From assembly GCA_947254645.1 (NCBI GenBank), contig CAMYDW010000001.1:63433-127432 (forward strand): 64,000 bases of DNA, given 5' to 3'. This stretch comes from an uncultured Peptococcaceae bacterium (GTDB lineage: Bacteria > Bacillota > Peptococcia > Peptococcales > Peptococcaceae). Numbering within the stretch: position 1 is the stretch's first letter; the number at the start of each line of letters is the position of its first letter. A program made the translations under genes and the position numbers. Of the stretch, positions 32,630 to 42,910 are shown piece by piece. The notes beneath the pieces are model-generated. The model had not been told where the DNA came from and did not search any database. It worked only from the letters and a program-made list of their open reading frames with translations.

Positions 32630-33769
32630 ATGGGGAGAGAGCGTCCGACATCACGCACATCACAGACAAAAAGCACCTCCTCGCGCCCGTCTACAAGGCG
32701 TGCGAAGAGTGAGCGTGTGCCATCAGCATCTAACCGACGTCGTCCTGTAGAGGAAAGAACGACCCCTCCTCGTCCTGTACGTCAGGCTTCGCCACAAAGA
32801 AGGAAGCGTTGGCGCTTGCGAGGATGGGTGAAAATTGCCCTTTTGCTGTTGCTGGTTCTGCTGGTGGTGCGATTTTCGCCTGTTGGCCGTGCCAGCCATC
32901 AAAGTGCACCAGCGCCATCGGTGGTGGTGAAACAGGTGACCCATGGCATTGTGGATAAAAAAGATAAAAGTGGTTTTGATGAGAGCATTGGCAGTGATTC
33001 TGCCATCCTCATCAATGCCGACAATGGCGATGTGCTGTATGACAAGGATGCAGGTGCCCAACGTGCACCAGCCTCCTTGACAAAAATGATGACTGCCTAT
33101 GTTGCTGTGAAATACAATAAGGATTTGGACCGCAAGGTGCAGATGCCGAAAGCAGCCTTTGAGGTCATTGACGATACTGGTGCTGCGACAAGTGGGCTGA
33201 TTGTTGGGGAAACCGTGACCATCAAGGATATTCTGTATGCAGCGATGTTGTCCTCAGGGGCAGAGGCGGCAGAGGCGCTGGCATTGATTACCAGTGGGAA
33301 TGAAAAATCCTTCGTGGAATTGATGAACAAGGAAGCCAAGGCGATGGGCCTAGACAGCAGTCACTTTACCAATGTGACTGGACTAGACAATGAGAAACAA
33401 TATTCCACCTGTCGTGACATGGCAAGGCTTCTCAAAACAGCCATGGGCAATAGCACCTTTAAAAGCATTGTGACCACACGCAGCTATACCACCTCTGCCA
33501 ACGATGTGCATCCAAATGGGCTGGTATTGACCCATACCATGGACAAGTATTTGGCAGATTTCCAGCGTTATTTTGAAACCAGTGAGTACAAAATTTTAGG
33601 GGGCAAAACGGGCTTTACTGAGAATGCAGGTAACTGCTTGGCCTCTATTGCAGAAAAGAAAAAGAAACCGACCTATATTGTGGTGACCATGCACGCAACA
33701 GGCAATGGCGACCAGTATTATCAATCCGTCAAGGATGCGGTGAATCTTTATGGCAAAGCCTATGAGTAA
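32630..33769 (+). CDS. Serine-type D-Ala-D-Ala carboxypeptidase (S11 family) with a long basic disordered N-terminal cytoplasmic tail and TM anchor
   Basis: SLTK (SxxK) active-site motif; about 70 aa Arg/Pro/Ser/Thr-rich N-terminus followed by TM LLLLLVLLVV. Confidence 0.8.
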   Translation: MGRERPTSRTSQTKSTSSRPSTRRAKSERVPSASNRRRPVEERTTPPRPVRQASPQRRKRWRLRGWVKIALLLLLVLLVVRFSPVGRASHQSAPAPSVVVKQVTHGIVDKKDKSGFDESIGSDSAILINADNGDVLYDKDAGAQRAPASLTKMMTAYVAVKYNKDLDRKVQMPKAAFEVIDDTGAATSGLIVGETVTIKDILYAAMLSSGAEAAEALALITSGNEKSFVELMNKEAKAMGLDSSHFTNVTGLDNEKQYSTCRDMARLLKTAMGNSTFKSIVTTRSYTTSANDVHPNGLVLTHTMDKYLADFQRYFETSEYKILGGKTGFTENAGNCLASIAEKKKKPTYIVVTMHATGNGDQYYQSVKDAVNLYGKAYE

Positions 33770-34056
33770 TCTTCTCCTAGTAAGATAATAAAAATTGTTG
33801 ATTGCTCAAAAAATATTTGCCTATGATATTTGTGAAATATGAAAAGAAGCCTCTGAAAAGGGATTACTTGTGTATTTCGCATGAAAAAATAAAAAATTCA
33901 TTTGCTTGACAACCGTCTTGTACGATGATAACATTCTGGTATCATATGACTGACGGATAATGTGGAGCACCACATGGAGTATGATAGATGATAAAAGCCG
34001 ACCGTCTGGGCGAAAAGCCCAGATAGTCGGCTTTTTTGTGTGAAAAAGGAGATGAA

Positions 34057-34788
34057 ATGATGGTGCTAGGACGCATTCATTCCATTGAATCAATGGGATT
34101 GGTTGATGGTCCAGGGATTCGTGCAGTGATTTTCTTTCAGGGCTGCCGCCTGAGATGCTGTTATTGTCACAATCCAGACACTTGGCAAATGGCTGAGGAA
34201 GGTAATCTGGTGCTTTCAGCAGAGGCATTGGTGGCACGAATGAGTCGTTTCAAAACGTACTGGGGCAATAATGGTGGCATTACCTGCTCTGGCGGAGAGC
34301 CTTTGCTCCAGAGTGATTTTTTAAAAACCTTTTTGCCCCTGTGCAAACAAGCAGGGATTCATACCTGCTTAGACACGGCAGGCTGTGGCGATGGGGACTA
34401 TGCGGATATTCTCAAATACACCGATTTGGTATTGTATGACATCAAGCATTACACCGAAGAAGGGTATCAACGTATCACTGGATGGCCGATGAGAGCCACG
34501 CAACAATTTTTAGAAGCGGTGCAGCGGCACGATATTCCTCTATGGATACGCCATGTGGTTGTACCCACTCTGACCGATGGTGACAAGCATTTTGAAGGGC
34601 TGGAAAAATATTTGCAGACCATTCGAGGGATTGAAAAGGTCGAGCTTCTTCCTTATCACACCTTAGGGGTGCATAAATACGACACTCTTCATCTTTCTTA
34701 TTCTTTAAAAGAGGTTCAACGAGTGGAAGCAAGCACACTTCAAGCATGGGAAAAACGACTCAATACAAATTGTGTGACCTTGAAATAA
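34057..34788 (+). CDS. pflA: Pyruvate formate-lyase activating enzyme (radical SAM)
   Basis: CxxxCxxC-type radical SAM motif (CRLRCCYCHNPDTW), GGEPLLQ; start at MMVLG after AAAGGAG. Confidence 0.92.
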   Translation: MMVLGRIHSIESMGLVDGPGIRAVIFFQGCRLRCCYCHNPDTWQMAEEGNLVLSAEALVARMSRFKTYWGNNGGITCSGGEPLLQSDFLKTFLPLCKQAGIHTCLDTAGCGDGDYADILKYTDLVLYDIKHYTEEGYQRITGWPMRATQQFLEAVQRHDIPLWIRHVVVPTLTDGDKHFEGLEKYLQTIRGIEKVELLPYHTLGVHKYDTLHLSYSLKEVQRVEASTLQAWEKRLNTNCVTLK

Positions 34789-34806
34789 GCTTAGGAGGCT
34801 AATCAA

Positions 34807-37056
34807 ATGACAATGGATATGACAAACAACGCATGGGATGGATTTCGTACTGGTGAATGGAAGTATTCGGTCAATGTAGGCAATTTTATTCAAAAAAATG
34901 TGACCCCTTATGAAGCAGATGAACAATTTTTGGCCCCTATTTCAAAAAACACTCAAGCTGTTTGGGAAAAAGCCAGTGCCTTAATCGTTGAAGAAATCAA
35001 AAAAGGGATTATTGACGTAGAAACCAATGCAGTGAGTGGTGTTAATAATTTTAAACCAGGCTACATTGACCAAGACCACGAAGTGATTGTTGGCTTGCAA
35101 ACCGATGCCCCATTGAAGCGTATCGTGAATCCCTATGGTGGGATGCGCAATGCCATTACTTCCTTGGCAGAATATGGCTATGAACTGAATCCAGATATTG
35201 AAAAGCATTTTCGCACCTACCGCAAAACCCACAACGAAGGGGTGTTTGATGCTTATCCAGAACGCACCCGTTTGGCACGTACAGCAGGGCTTTTGACAGG
35301 CCTACCAGATGCTTATGGGAGAGGACGTATTGTAGGGGATTATCGCCGTGTGCCACTGTACGGAACAGACTTCTTGATTGCTGAAAAGAAAAAAGACTTG
35401 GCGTCCCCAGCGCTTAACGGGCCAATGACCGATGAAACCATCCGCTTGCGTGAAGAAGTGCAAATGCAAATTCGTGCCTTGGAAGAAATGCGCTTGATGG
35501 CAGAAGGCTATGGCTGCGATATTTCTCGTCCAGCAGAAAATGCACGTGAAGCGGTACAAAATCTATACTTGGCTTATCTTGCTGGGGCAAAAGAAAACAA
35601 CGGTGCAGCGACCTCTTTGGGACGCACCTCCACCTTCTTGGATATTTACATCCAACGTGATATGGAAAAAGGCTTGTTGACCGAAGAAGAAGCCCAAGAA
35701 TTGATTGACCAATTCATCATCAAGCTGCGTTTGATTCGTCACTTGCGCACGCCAGAATACAACGAATTGTTTGGCGGGGATCCAACCTGGGTGACTGAAG
35801 CCATTGGCGGGATGAGCACCGATGGAAGAACCTTGGTGACAAAGACCTCCTATCGCTATCTTCACAGTCTGACCAACCTTGGCACTGCCCCAGAACCAAA
35901 TTTGACGGTGCTTTGGAGTCAGTCCTTGCCAGAGCCTTTCAAGGCTTACTGTGCAAAAATGAGTATTGATACAGACTCTATTCAATACGAAAATGATGAC
36001 ATCATGCGCCCAGTGTATGGCGATGATTATTGCATAGCTTGCTGCGTATCAGCGATGACGGTGGGCAAACAAATGCAATTTTTCGGTGCACGTGCCAACC
36101 TAGCAAAGAGCTTGCTCTATGCCATCAATGGTGGGGTAGATGAAAAGAAAGGCATTGAAGTGGTGCCACATATCACCGCCATTGAAGATGACGTATTAGA
36201 TTATCAGACGGTATTGGCAAACTACAAAAAGGTGCTTTCTTATGTGGCAGAGTTGTATGTGGATACCATCAACATCATCCATTATATGCATGATAAATAT
36301 GCCTACGAAAGCAGTCAAATGGCACTACACGATACATTGGTAGAACGCTTGGCGGCTTTTGGGGTGGCTGGACTCTCTATTGCGGCAGATTCCCTTTCTG
36401 CCATTAAGTTTGCCAAGGTGCGCCCAATCCGCAATGAAGCAGGCATTGCCATTGACTTTGAAACTGAAGGGGATTTTCCAAAATACGGCAACGATGACGA
36501 TTTAGTCGATGACATCGCTGTAGAAATTGTGACCTATTTTACCAGGGAACTTAAAAAGCATCCCCTTTATCGTCATGGCGTACATACCCTTTCTGCTTTG
36601 ACCATCACTAGTAATGTCATGTATGGCAAGAAAACAGGCAGTACCCCAGATGGCCGTCAAGCAGGAGAGCCTTTTGCACCGGGGGCCAATCCAATGCACG
36701 GTCGTGATGCCAATGGGGCCCTATCCTCTCTCAATTCAGTGGCAAAAATTCCTTATCGCAATGTGTGCCAAGACGGGATTTCTAATACCTTCTCAATTGT
36801 GCCAACCGCATTGGGTAAAACCCCAGAGGCACAAAAAACGAACTTGGTTGGGGTATTGGATGGCTACTTTGGCAGAGGCGCCCATCATTTGAATGTCAAT
36901 GTGCTGAACCTTTCCTTGCTGATGGATGCGATGGAACATCCAGAACAATATCCAACCTTGACCATTCGTGTATCAGGCTATGCAGTGAATTTCAATCGCT
37001 TGAGTCGTGAACAACAACTAGAAGTGATTAAACGTACCTTCCATCAAAGCATGTAA
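34807..37056 (+). CDS. pflB: Formate C-acetyltransferase (pyruvate formate-lyase)
   Basis: 749 aa; C-terminal glycyl-radical motif RVSGYAVNF; catalytic CC (IACCVSA). Confidence 0.95.
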   Translation: MTMDMTNNAWDGFRTGEWKYSVNVGNFIQKNVTPYEADEQFLAPISKNTQAVWEKASALIVEEIKKGIIDVETNAVSGVNNFKPGYIDQDHEVIVGLQTDAPLKRIVNPYGGMRNAITSLAEYGYELNPDIEKHFRTYRKTHNEGVFDAYPERTRLARTAGLLTGLPDAYGRGRIVGDYRRVPLYGTDFLIAEKKKDLASPALNGPMTDETIRLREEVQMQIRALEEMRLMAEGYGCDISRPAENAREAVQNLYLAYLAGAKENNGAATSLGRTSTFLDIYIQRDMEKGLLTEEEAQELIDQFIIKLRLIRHLRTPEYNELFGGDPTWVTEAIGGMSTDGRTLVTKTSYRYLHSLTNLGTAPEPNLTVLWSQSLPEPFKAYCAKMSIDTDSIQYENDDIMRPVYGDDYCIACCVSAMTVGKQMQFFGARANLAKSLLYAINGGVDEKKGIEVVPHITAIEDDVLDYQTVLANYKKVLSYVAELYVDTINIIHYMHDKYAYESSQMALHDTLVERLAAFGVAGLSIAADSLSAIKFAKVRPIRNEAGIAIDFETEGDFPKYGNDDDLVDDIAVEIVTYFTRELKKHPLYRHGVHTLSALTITSNVMYGKKTGSTPDGRQAGEPFAPGANPMHGRDANGALSSLNSVAKIPYRNVCQDGISNTFSIVPTALGKTPEAQKTNLVGVLDGYFGRGAHHLNVNVLNLSLLMDAMEHPEQYPTLTIRVSGYAVNFNRLSREQQLEVIKRTFHQSM

Positions 37057-37057
37057 T

Positions 37058-37100
37058 AAAAAAACCGACGTGAGAAACTCACGTCGGTTTTTTGCTTTTA
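37058..37100. terminator. Bidirectional terminator (pflB / CBS gene)
   Basis: AAAAAAACCGACGTGAGAAACTCACGTCGGTTTTTTG. Confidence 0.8.
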
Positions 37101-37102
37101 TC

Positions 37103-37579
37103 TTAGTGCTGATAAGCGTTATAGCTATCAAAGAAGGAGAGAATGACATTACGGCGGCTCAATAAGCCAACGAGCTTGTCATTTTCAAGAATTGGAAGAT
37201 GTTTCAAATGCTTGTTGTCCATTAATGACGTCACTTTTGCAAGATTATCATTGATGTCTGCAGCGAGCACCTTTTTGGTGGCACAGAAGAGCACAGAAAT
37301 GGTCATGAGTTCGTCAAGAATTTCTTTGTCATTAAAGTATTCTTCATCGCTCAACATGCTTGCATAAATCAGTGGTAAGTGATCTTGTTGTTTGGTTTTG
37401 CGAGCCAAGTAACTGATGATGTCTCCATCGCTAAGAAACGCAACAACGTGTTGATTGTCATCGACAACAGGAAGGCAACCATAGCCGTGTTTGCTGAAAA
37501 GAACGATAGCATCATGTACAGTGACCTTATCGGAAATCGACTGAGGACTTTGGATCATTACATCGCTAATACTTTTCAT
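37103..37579 (-). CDS. Standalone CBS-pair domain protein
   Basis: Two CBS motifs (VTVHDAIVLFSKHGYGCLPVVDD ... ; AKVTSLMDNKHLKHLPILENDKLVGLLSRRNV); start at MKSISD. Confidence 0.75.
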   Translation of the reverse strand: MKSISDVMIQSPQSISDKVTVHDAIVLFSKHGYGCLPVVDDNQHVVAFLSDGDIISYLARKTKQQDHLPLIYASMLSDEEYFNDKEILDELMTISVLFCATKKVLAADINDNLAKVTSLMDNKHLKHLPILENDKLVGLLSRRNVILSFFDSYNAYQH

Positions 37580-37647
37580 GAGTAACACTTCCTCTTTATA
37601 TTTTTTTATTATTATATCACTAAATAGTTTATTGGCAAGTGCCATTT

Positions 37648-38895
37648 TTAGTCATTGATAGAGCGTTTGTTGAACCATTCTTTGTAGCGTTGCCATTGTT
37701 GATAATAAAAACGATTGATCATGATGCTGCGATACCAAGAGCGATCTTTGTCGGTCAGCAAGGTGCAGTCCCAACGGCCGCTGTTGAGTAGGCGGCGGAT
37801 TTGTGGCAAGGTGCGCTCTGGTGCGTAGGTAAGGAGCAGCTTCTTTGGCACATGAATCCAAAGGGAAGGATTGTTGTGATAGTGGGTGACATCATTTTTG
37901 ACATGGTCGATGCGGTCACGCACCAAATAAGGCACCAAGTTACAACCACTGACAGTGGTAAAGAAGCTGGAGCGTCCTTGGCGAATATTGATTTCAAACA
38001 CTTTGTATTTGCCGTCGCGTTCATCATACTTCATGTCAAAGTTGGAGAAGCCAACAAAACCAATCGCTTCTAGGAAGCTTTTGTATTGGTCATAGACTTC
38101 TTGCACCCCTTCTTGGATGATGGCATTGTAGTTGCCAATCCCTGCTGGGGTGTAGTCCTCTAAGACGCAGTGCCCAAGACACATCGCTTGCACCTTGCCC
38201 TGCGCATCAGAGTAGGAATTGAGCACATACATGGTTGCATCATCTCCAGGGATGAAATCCTGTACAATCAAGGTGCCAGGGTAGCCTGCTCTGTAAATAT
38301 CTGCATGGATTTGCGCCAACTCTTCGGCAGTATTGGCCTTATAGGCTTTCTTTTTGCCAGGAAAATCAAGGTCCACATAGGCGATGGAGTCGCTGGCCTT
38401 TACTGCCACAGGAAAATCAAAAGGCAGGTCGAAAGGTGCTTGGTCCTCTTTGTGCAACACAAGGGTCGCAGGATAATCTAAGCCGTATTGCTCACAAATA
38501 TTATAGAAATCCTCTTTGTTTTCAAGCTGTTCTTTGAGTGCACGGTCAATGTAGGGAATCACAAATTGCTCTTGTAGTTGTTCCTTGTGATTACAGAGGA
38601 GCTCTGTGTAGCGATCGCCACAAGCAATTAAAATAAGCTGGTCGTAAAAGCCTTTGTAGGTCAAAAGCACATCTTGCAAAATTTCCAGAAAACGCTCATC
38701 TTTGTCAAAGCCATCAAAGGTTTCTACATGAACAATATGACTGTGACGTGTTTCGAGTAGGGGGATTTTACCAAGGGCGAGAGATTTCATGCCATAGGCT
38801 TCATAAAAATTTCTTGCCATTCCGTAGGCATTGGCATCAGTGCCAAGCAAAATTGGCAAAAAACGTGTATCTGTATTTTTTATCATTCGTTCCAT
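37648..38895 (-). CDS. ATP-grasp family carboxylate-amine ligase (COG3919-like; possibly a D-aspartate-ligase-like peptidoglycan amino-acid ligase)
   Basis: 415 aa; ATP-grasp fold signatures (KAYKANTAEELAQI ..., LIVQDFIPG, FEINIRQGRS). Confidence 0.6.
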   Translation of the reverse strand: MERMIKNTDTRFLPILLGTDANAYGMARNFYEAYGMKSLALGKIPLLETRHSHIVHVETFDGFDKDERFLEILQDVLLTYKGFYDQLILIACGDRYTELLCNHKEQLQEQFVIPYIDRALKEQLENKEDFYNICEQYGLDYPATLVLHKEDQAPFDLPFDFPVAVKASDSIAYVDLDFPGKKKAYKANTAEELAQIHADIYRAGYPGTLIVQDFIPGDDATMYVLNSYSDAQGKVQAMCLGHCVLEDYTPAGIGNYNAIIQEGVQEVYDQYKSFLEAIGFVGFSNFDMKYDERDGKYKVFEINIRQGRSSFFTTVSGCNLVPYLVRDRIDHVKNDVTHYHNNPSLWIHVPKKLLLTYAPERTLPQIRRLLNSGRWDCTLLTDKDRSWYRSIMINRFYYQQWQRYKEWFNKRSIND

Positions 38896-39029
38896 AAAAG
38901 CGTCCGCCTTTCTGTTGTGCTGCTATAATGGTAGTATAGCATAAATAGCAAGGGGCTGCACTGGTATTTGACGCCTCAAAAGGCTTTCGCTACAATGACA
39001 AGGAAAGAATCAGAAGCGAGGAAAATAAA

Positions 39030-40622
39030 ATGATAATCATCAATCAGTTATATCTCGGCATCGAAGAGCCGTTAAGTAATTTGCGTGGACAAATTGCAAC
39101 CCGTCTGCGTTTAAAAGAAGAAGGGATTTCCTATACAATCCTAAAAGAATCCTTAGATGCACGTCGACGTGACACCCCACGCTTTAGTTATCAAGTGGCG
39201 GTGGATGTCCCAATGAGCGAAAAGCAAGTGCAGCAACTCAAAGATAAAAATATCACTTGGCAAGCATCGGCAACCCCACAAATATTGGTGCCAGGGGAGC
39301 GTCCTCTTGAAAGTGCACCACTCATCGTTGGTGCAGGCCCAGCAGGGCTTTTTGCTGCCTATACCTTGGCAAAGCATGGTTATCGGCCAATGCTTCTGGA
39401 GCAAGGGGAAGCGGTGCCAAAGCGGAGTGAACAGGTGGAGCAATTTTGGCAGGATGGCACCTTGGATGTTTTGTCCAATGTGCAGTTTGGGGAAGGGGGC
39501 GCAGGAACTTTTTCTGATGGCAAGCTCACCAGTCGCAGTAAAAATCCCCTCGGAAAGCGTGTACTACAGATTTTTGCCAATCATGGGGCTCCTAAAGAAA
39601 TCACCTATCAAGCAAAACCTCACATTGGCACAGACCTCCTCAAAGGGGTCATCGTGTCGATGCGCGAACAGCTCATCGCATGGGGGGGCAGTGTGCAGTT
39701 TGGCGTACAGGTGCAGGACCTACTTCTTGATGGCAATCGTGTCAAAGGGGTCGTTACCAATCAAGGCACCTTCTATAGCGATGTGGTCATTCTGGCCCTT
39801 GGCCATAGCAGTCGTCCGTTGTTTAGAAAGCTTCATGAGCAAGGCTTGGCAATGGAGAGCAAGCCTTTTGCCATGGGCTTCCGCATCGAACACCCACAAA
39901 CGATGATAAATGAGCGCCAGCATCGCCAACTAGCAGGGCATCCACGTCTTGGGGCGGCAGATTATCAGCTCACATGGCATGACGATGTGAGTGGCCGTGG
40001 GGTCTATACCTTTTGTATGTGTCCAGGGGGACAAGTCGTGGCAGCATCTTCAGAAAAAGAGCGCCTTGTTGTCAACGGCATGAGTTATCATGCGCGCGAC
40101 CTAGAAAATGCCAACAGTGCGCTGTTGGTCAATGTGTCTGCCAAGGATTATGGCGATGGTGTTTTAGATGGCATGCATTTCCAAGAAAAAATTGAGAGCG
40201 CCTGCTACGGCCTAGGAGGCGGTGGCTATGTGGCACCAGTGCAAACAGTTGGCGATTTCCTCATCGGCGCACCAAGTACCACCTTAGGAGCAGTAAAGCC
40301 AAGTGTACAGCCAGGGTACCAGCTGACCGATTTGAGTCGCCTCTATCCTGCTGAACTGACCACGTGCTTGCGTGCAGGCATTGGTGGCATGGGCAAAAAG
40401 CTCGCAGGCTTCGATCGAAAAGACGCCATTTTAACAGGTGCCGAAACCCGCTCCTCCTCACCAGTGCGTTTATTGCGTGACAAAGCCACCTGGGAATCGG
40501 TGAATATCAGTGGCGTTTACCCAATCGGTGAGGGCGCCGGCTACGCAGGAGGCATCGTCAGCTCCGCCATCGATGGCATCGCCTGCGCAGAGCAGCTGAT
40601 TCGTACCTATCAAAAGCGATAG
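39030..40622 (+). CDS. FAD-dependent protein of the COG2509 family (uncharacterised NAD(FAD)-utilising dehydrogenase), paralog 1
   Basis: GAGPAGLFAAY Rossmann motif, GxGGAGxFSDGKL motif, 530 aa; promoter TTGACG-17-TACAAT. Confidence 0.75.
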   Translation: MIIINQLYLGIEEPLSNLRGQIATRLRLKEEGISYTILKESLDARRRDTPRFSYQVAVDVPMSEKQVQQLKDKNITWQASATPQILVPGERPLESAPLIVGAGPAGLFAAYTLAKHGYRPMLLEQGEAVPKRSEQVEQFWQDGTLDVLSNVQFGEGGAGTFSDGKLTSRSKNPLGKRVLQIFANHGAPKEITYQAKPHIGTDLLKGVIVSMREQLIAWGGSVQFGVQVQDLLLDGNRVKGVVTNQGTFYSDVVILALGHSSRPLFRKLHEQGLAMESKPFAMGFRIEHPQTMINERQHRQLAGHPRLGAADYQLTWHDDVSGRGVYTFCMCPGGQVVAASSEKERLVVNGMSYHARDLENANSALLVNVSAKDYGDGVLDGMHFQEKIESACYGLGGGGYVAPVQTVGDFLIGAPSTTLGAVKPSVQPGYQLTDLSRLYPAELTTCLRAGIGGMGKKLAGFDRKDAILTGAETRSSSPVRLLRDKATWESVNISGVYPIGEGAGYAGGIVSSAIDGIACAEQLIRTYQKR

Positions 40623-40903
40623 GCGAGGAACTCTACAAAATTTTAAAATTAAGGGCTTCTGTCTTTATCATGTCTTTATCATAGAACAACAATGCTTTTA
40701 CTCAAACCATTACCATTACAAGCAATAAATAATTGATTAAAAACACCAGTTTTTCAAAAGCCAGATGAAATCTAATCCTCGGGAGAGTGGTGTTTTTACT
40801 CATCAATCTAGTTTAAAGGGCACATTTTTTCAAAGACGATTGCAAAATCGTCTTTTTTTTATTTGACAATTTTGATACAAAGTGTATACTGTGTATTAAA
40901 GAA

Positions 40904-40916
40904 CATCACAGTGATG
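40904..40916. promoter_or_regulatory. Perfect palindrome CATCAC-A-GTGATG just downstream of promoter TTGACA-16-TATACT (40863-40890) of the ytrA-like operon; candidate autoregulatory operator
   Basis: Read directly from the sequence. Confidence 0.45.
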
Positions 40917-40927
40917 AGGGGTCAATA

Positions 40928-41311
40928 ATGAATATTATTATTTCCAATACTTCGGAAATCCCGTTGTATAAACAAATTAAAGAACAAATCAAAGACAGTA
41001 TTTTGCGTGGTGAATTATCGGAGGGAGATTTATTGCCTTCTATTCGTCAATTTGCCAATGAGATTAAGGTGAGTGTGCTGACAATTCGCCGTGTGTACGG
41101 GGAATTAGAGGAAGAGGGCTTTGTGCACAGCCAAGCAGGCTTAGGGACCTTTGTTTCAGCGGGCAATTTAGAATTGATTCGTGATGCGAAATATCGTGTG
41201 GTTGAAGAAAAAATGCGTGCGCTCATTGATGATGCGAAATCTCTTTCTATTACCATGGATGAATTGGAGGAGATGATGCACATTTTATTTGAGGAGGATT
41301 CCAATGACTGA
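40928..41311 (+). CDS. GntR-family (YtrA subfamily) transcriptional regulator
   Basis: 127 aa; GntR HTH with short C-terminal extension; first gene of a regulator-ABC operon. Confidence 0.8.
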   Translation: MNIIISNTSEIPLYKQIKEQIKDSILRGELSEGDLLPSIRQFANEIKVSVLTIRRVYGELEEEGFVHSQAGLGTFVSAGNLELIRDAKYRVVEEKMRALIDDAKSLSITMDELEEMMHILFEEDSND

Positions 41312-42170
41312 TGTAATGGTTGTAAAAAATTTATGCAAGGATTATAGACGATTTTCCTTGAAAAATGTTTCTTTTTCTATTCCAGAGGGATGTGTGGCAG
41401 GCTTTATTGGTTTGAATGGTCAAGGAAAAACCACCACCATTCGTACCATGCTGGGGCTTTCTCCAAAAAAATCTGGAGAAGTGATGCTGTTTGGTCAGGA
41501 TTTTGATGCCAATTCACAGCAGCTCAAGGAAAATATAGGGGTGGTTTTTGATGAAGGATACCTTTATGAAACTCTTAAAATGAAAGAGATGAAGGGGATT
41601 GTGGCAAGGGCGTATCACCAATGGGATGAGGCGCAGTATCAATCCTTTATGAAGCGTTTCGGGCTTGATGAAAATCAAGTCATTGCCACCTTATCCAAAG
41701 GGATGCGCATGAAATTTGCGCTGGCCTTGGCGTTGTCACACCATGCGGAGCTGTTGATTATGGATGAGCCAACGTCTGGCTTAGACCCATTGATTCGTAA
41801 GGAACTGTTGGATATTTTGAAAGATTATATGGCCACAGATGGGAAGGGTGTTCTCTATTCTAGCCATATCACCTCTGACCTTGATAAGTTTGCGGATTTG
41901 TTGATTTTTATTGACCAAGGACAAATTGTTTTAGTGGAAGAAAAGGACTTTTTGTTGGAAACCCATCGACGGGTGAAGGGCAATATCAACGACCTCACAG
42001 CAGACAATAGGGCGTTTTTTATTCAGCTTGAAGAAAATAGCTATGGCTTTACAGGCATCACCAAGGACATCGATTTATTGAAAAAAGAACTGCCAAAGGC
42101 TATTTTTGAACGGGTGAATATTGAGGACTTGATGATTGCATATATTGGAGGAGGGAAGGCACATGCTTGA
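41304..42170 (+). CDS. ABC transporter ATP-binding protein (YtrB-like)
   Basis: Walker A GLNGQGKTT, signature LSKGMRMKF, Walker B LLIMDEPTSGLD. Confidence 0.88.
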   Translation: MTDVMVVKNLCKDYRRFSLKNVSFSIPEGCVAGFIGLNGQGKTTTIRTMLGLSPKKSGEVMLFGQDFDANSQQLKENIGVVFDEGYLYETLKMKEMKGIVARAYHQWDEAQYQSFMKRFGLDENQVIATLSKGMRMKFALALALSHHAELLIMDEPTSGLDPLIRKELLDILKDYMATDGKGVLYSSHITSDLDKFADLLIFIDQGQIVLVEEKDFLLETHRRVKGNINDLTADNRAFFIQLEENSYGFTGITKDIDLLKKELPKAIFERVNIEDLMIAYIGGGKAHA

Positions 42171-42804
42171 TTTGCTCAAGAAAGATTTTCTGATTACCAA
42201 GAAAATGTCGATGATGGTAGGGGTTATTGCTTTGCTGGTGCCGGCCTTTCTGGCTTTTGCTGGCGGAGACAAAGCGCTGCCGGCAGGGGTGCTGTTGGCG
42301 GCTTATGCCCCTTTGCTAGGGCTGATGCTTTTGACGAACATTTATGAAGAAGAAGCGCGTTTTCCGAAGGCGGCCGCTTTTATGGTCGCCATTGGCTATC
42401 CACGTAAAGCACAAATGATGGCACGTTACTTTCTTGCCATTGCTGTTTTCCTTTGCTGTATGCTGATTTATTGGGGCGAAACTTTTTTGGTTCAAAACCT
42501 ACTGACGCCAACCACGATAGACATCATTGCCGCTTTTTTTGCCTTTAGTGTATTTATGAGTCTGTTTTTGTTTACCACCACAAAGTATGGCTTAAAGGCA
42601 GGAAAATATATTTTGTTTTCATTGATTTTATTGGTTTCCCTCGGGCCAACCTTCTTGGTACGATTGCCAATTTCCATTAATTGGGACTTCTTCCTACAAT
42701 TTAGCAAAATGCAATGGTCTGTGGCACTCTTGGTTTTGGCGGTTTTGATGATTGCGCTGTCCTTTATGGCAGCGGTTCAGGCATATGAGCAAAAAGAATT
42801 ATAA
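42163..42804 (+). CDS. ABC-2 family transporter permease
   Basis: About 6 TM segments; start overlaps the ATPase stop (ATGCTTGA). Confidence 0.7.
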   Translation: MLDLLKKDFLITKKMSMMVGVIALLVPAFLAFAGGDKALPAGVLLAAYAPLLGLMLLTNIYEEEARFPKAAAFMVAIGYPRKAQMMARYFLAIAVFLCCMLIYWGETFLVQNLLTPTTIDIIAAFFAFSVFMSLFLFTTTKYGLKAGKYILFSLILLVSLGPTFLVRLPISINWDFFLQFSKMQWSVALLVLAVLMIALSFMAAVQAYEQKEL

Positions 42805-42910
42805 ATGAAAGACAATGGGCGCTTGCCAATAGGTGAGCGTCCTCTTTTCTTTGTCCTGTTTTTAACATGGGTATAATGACAGTAAGGACTTCAAGAAAAG
42901 GAGATTGCAC

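Noticed and set aside
33821-34237. 138-aa minus-strand ORF in the dacB-pflA intergenic region
   Set aside because: No RBS; overlaps the promoter/terminator hairpin and the pflA start on the other strand; no protein-like composition.
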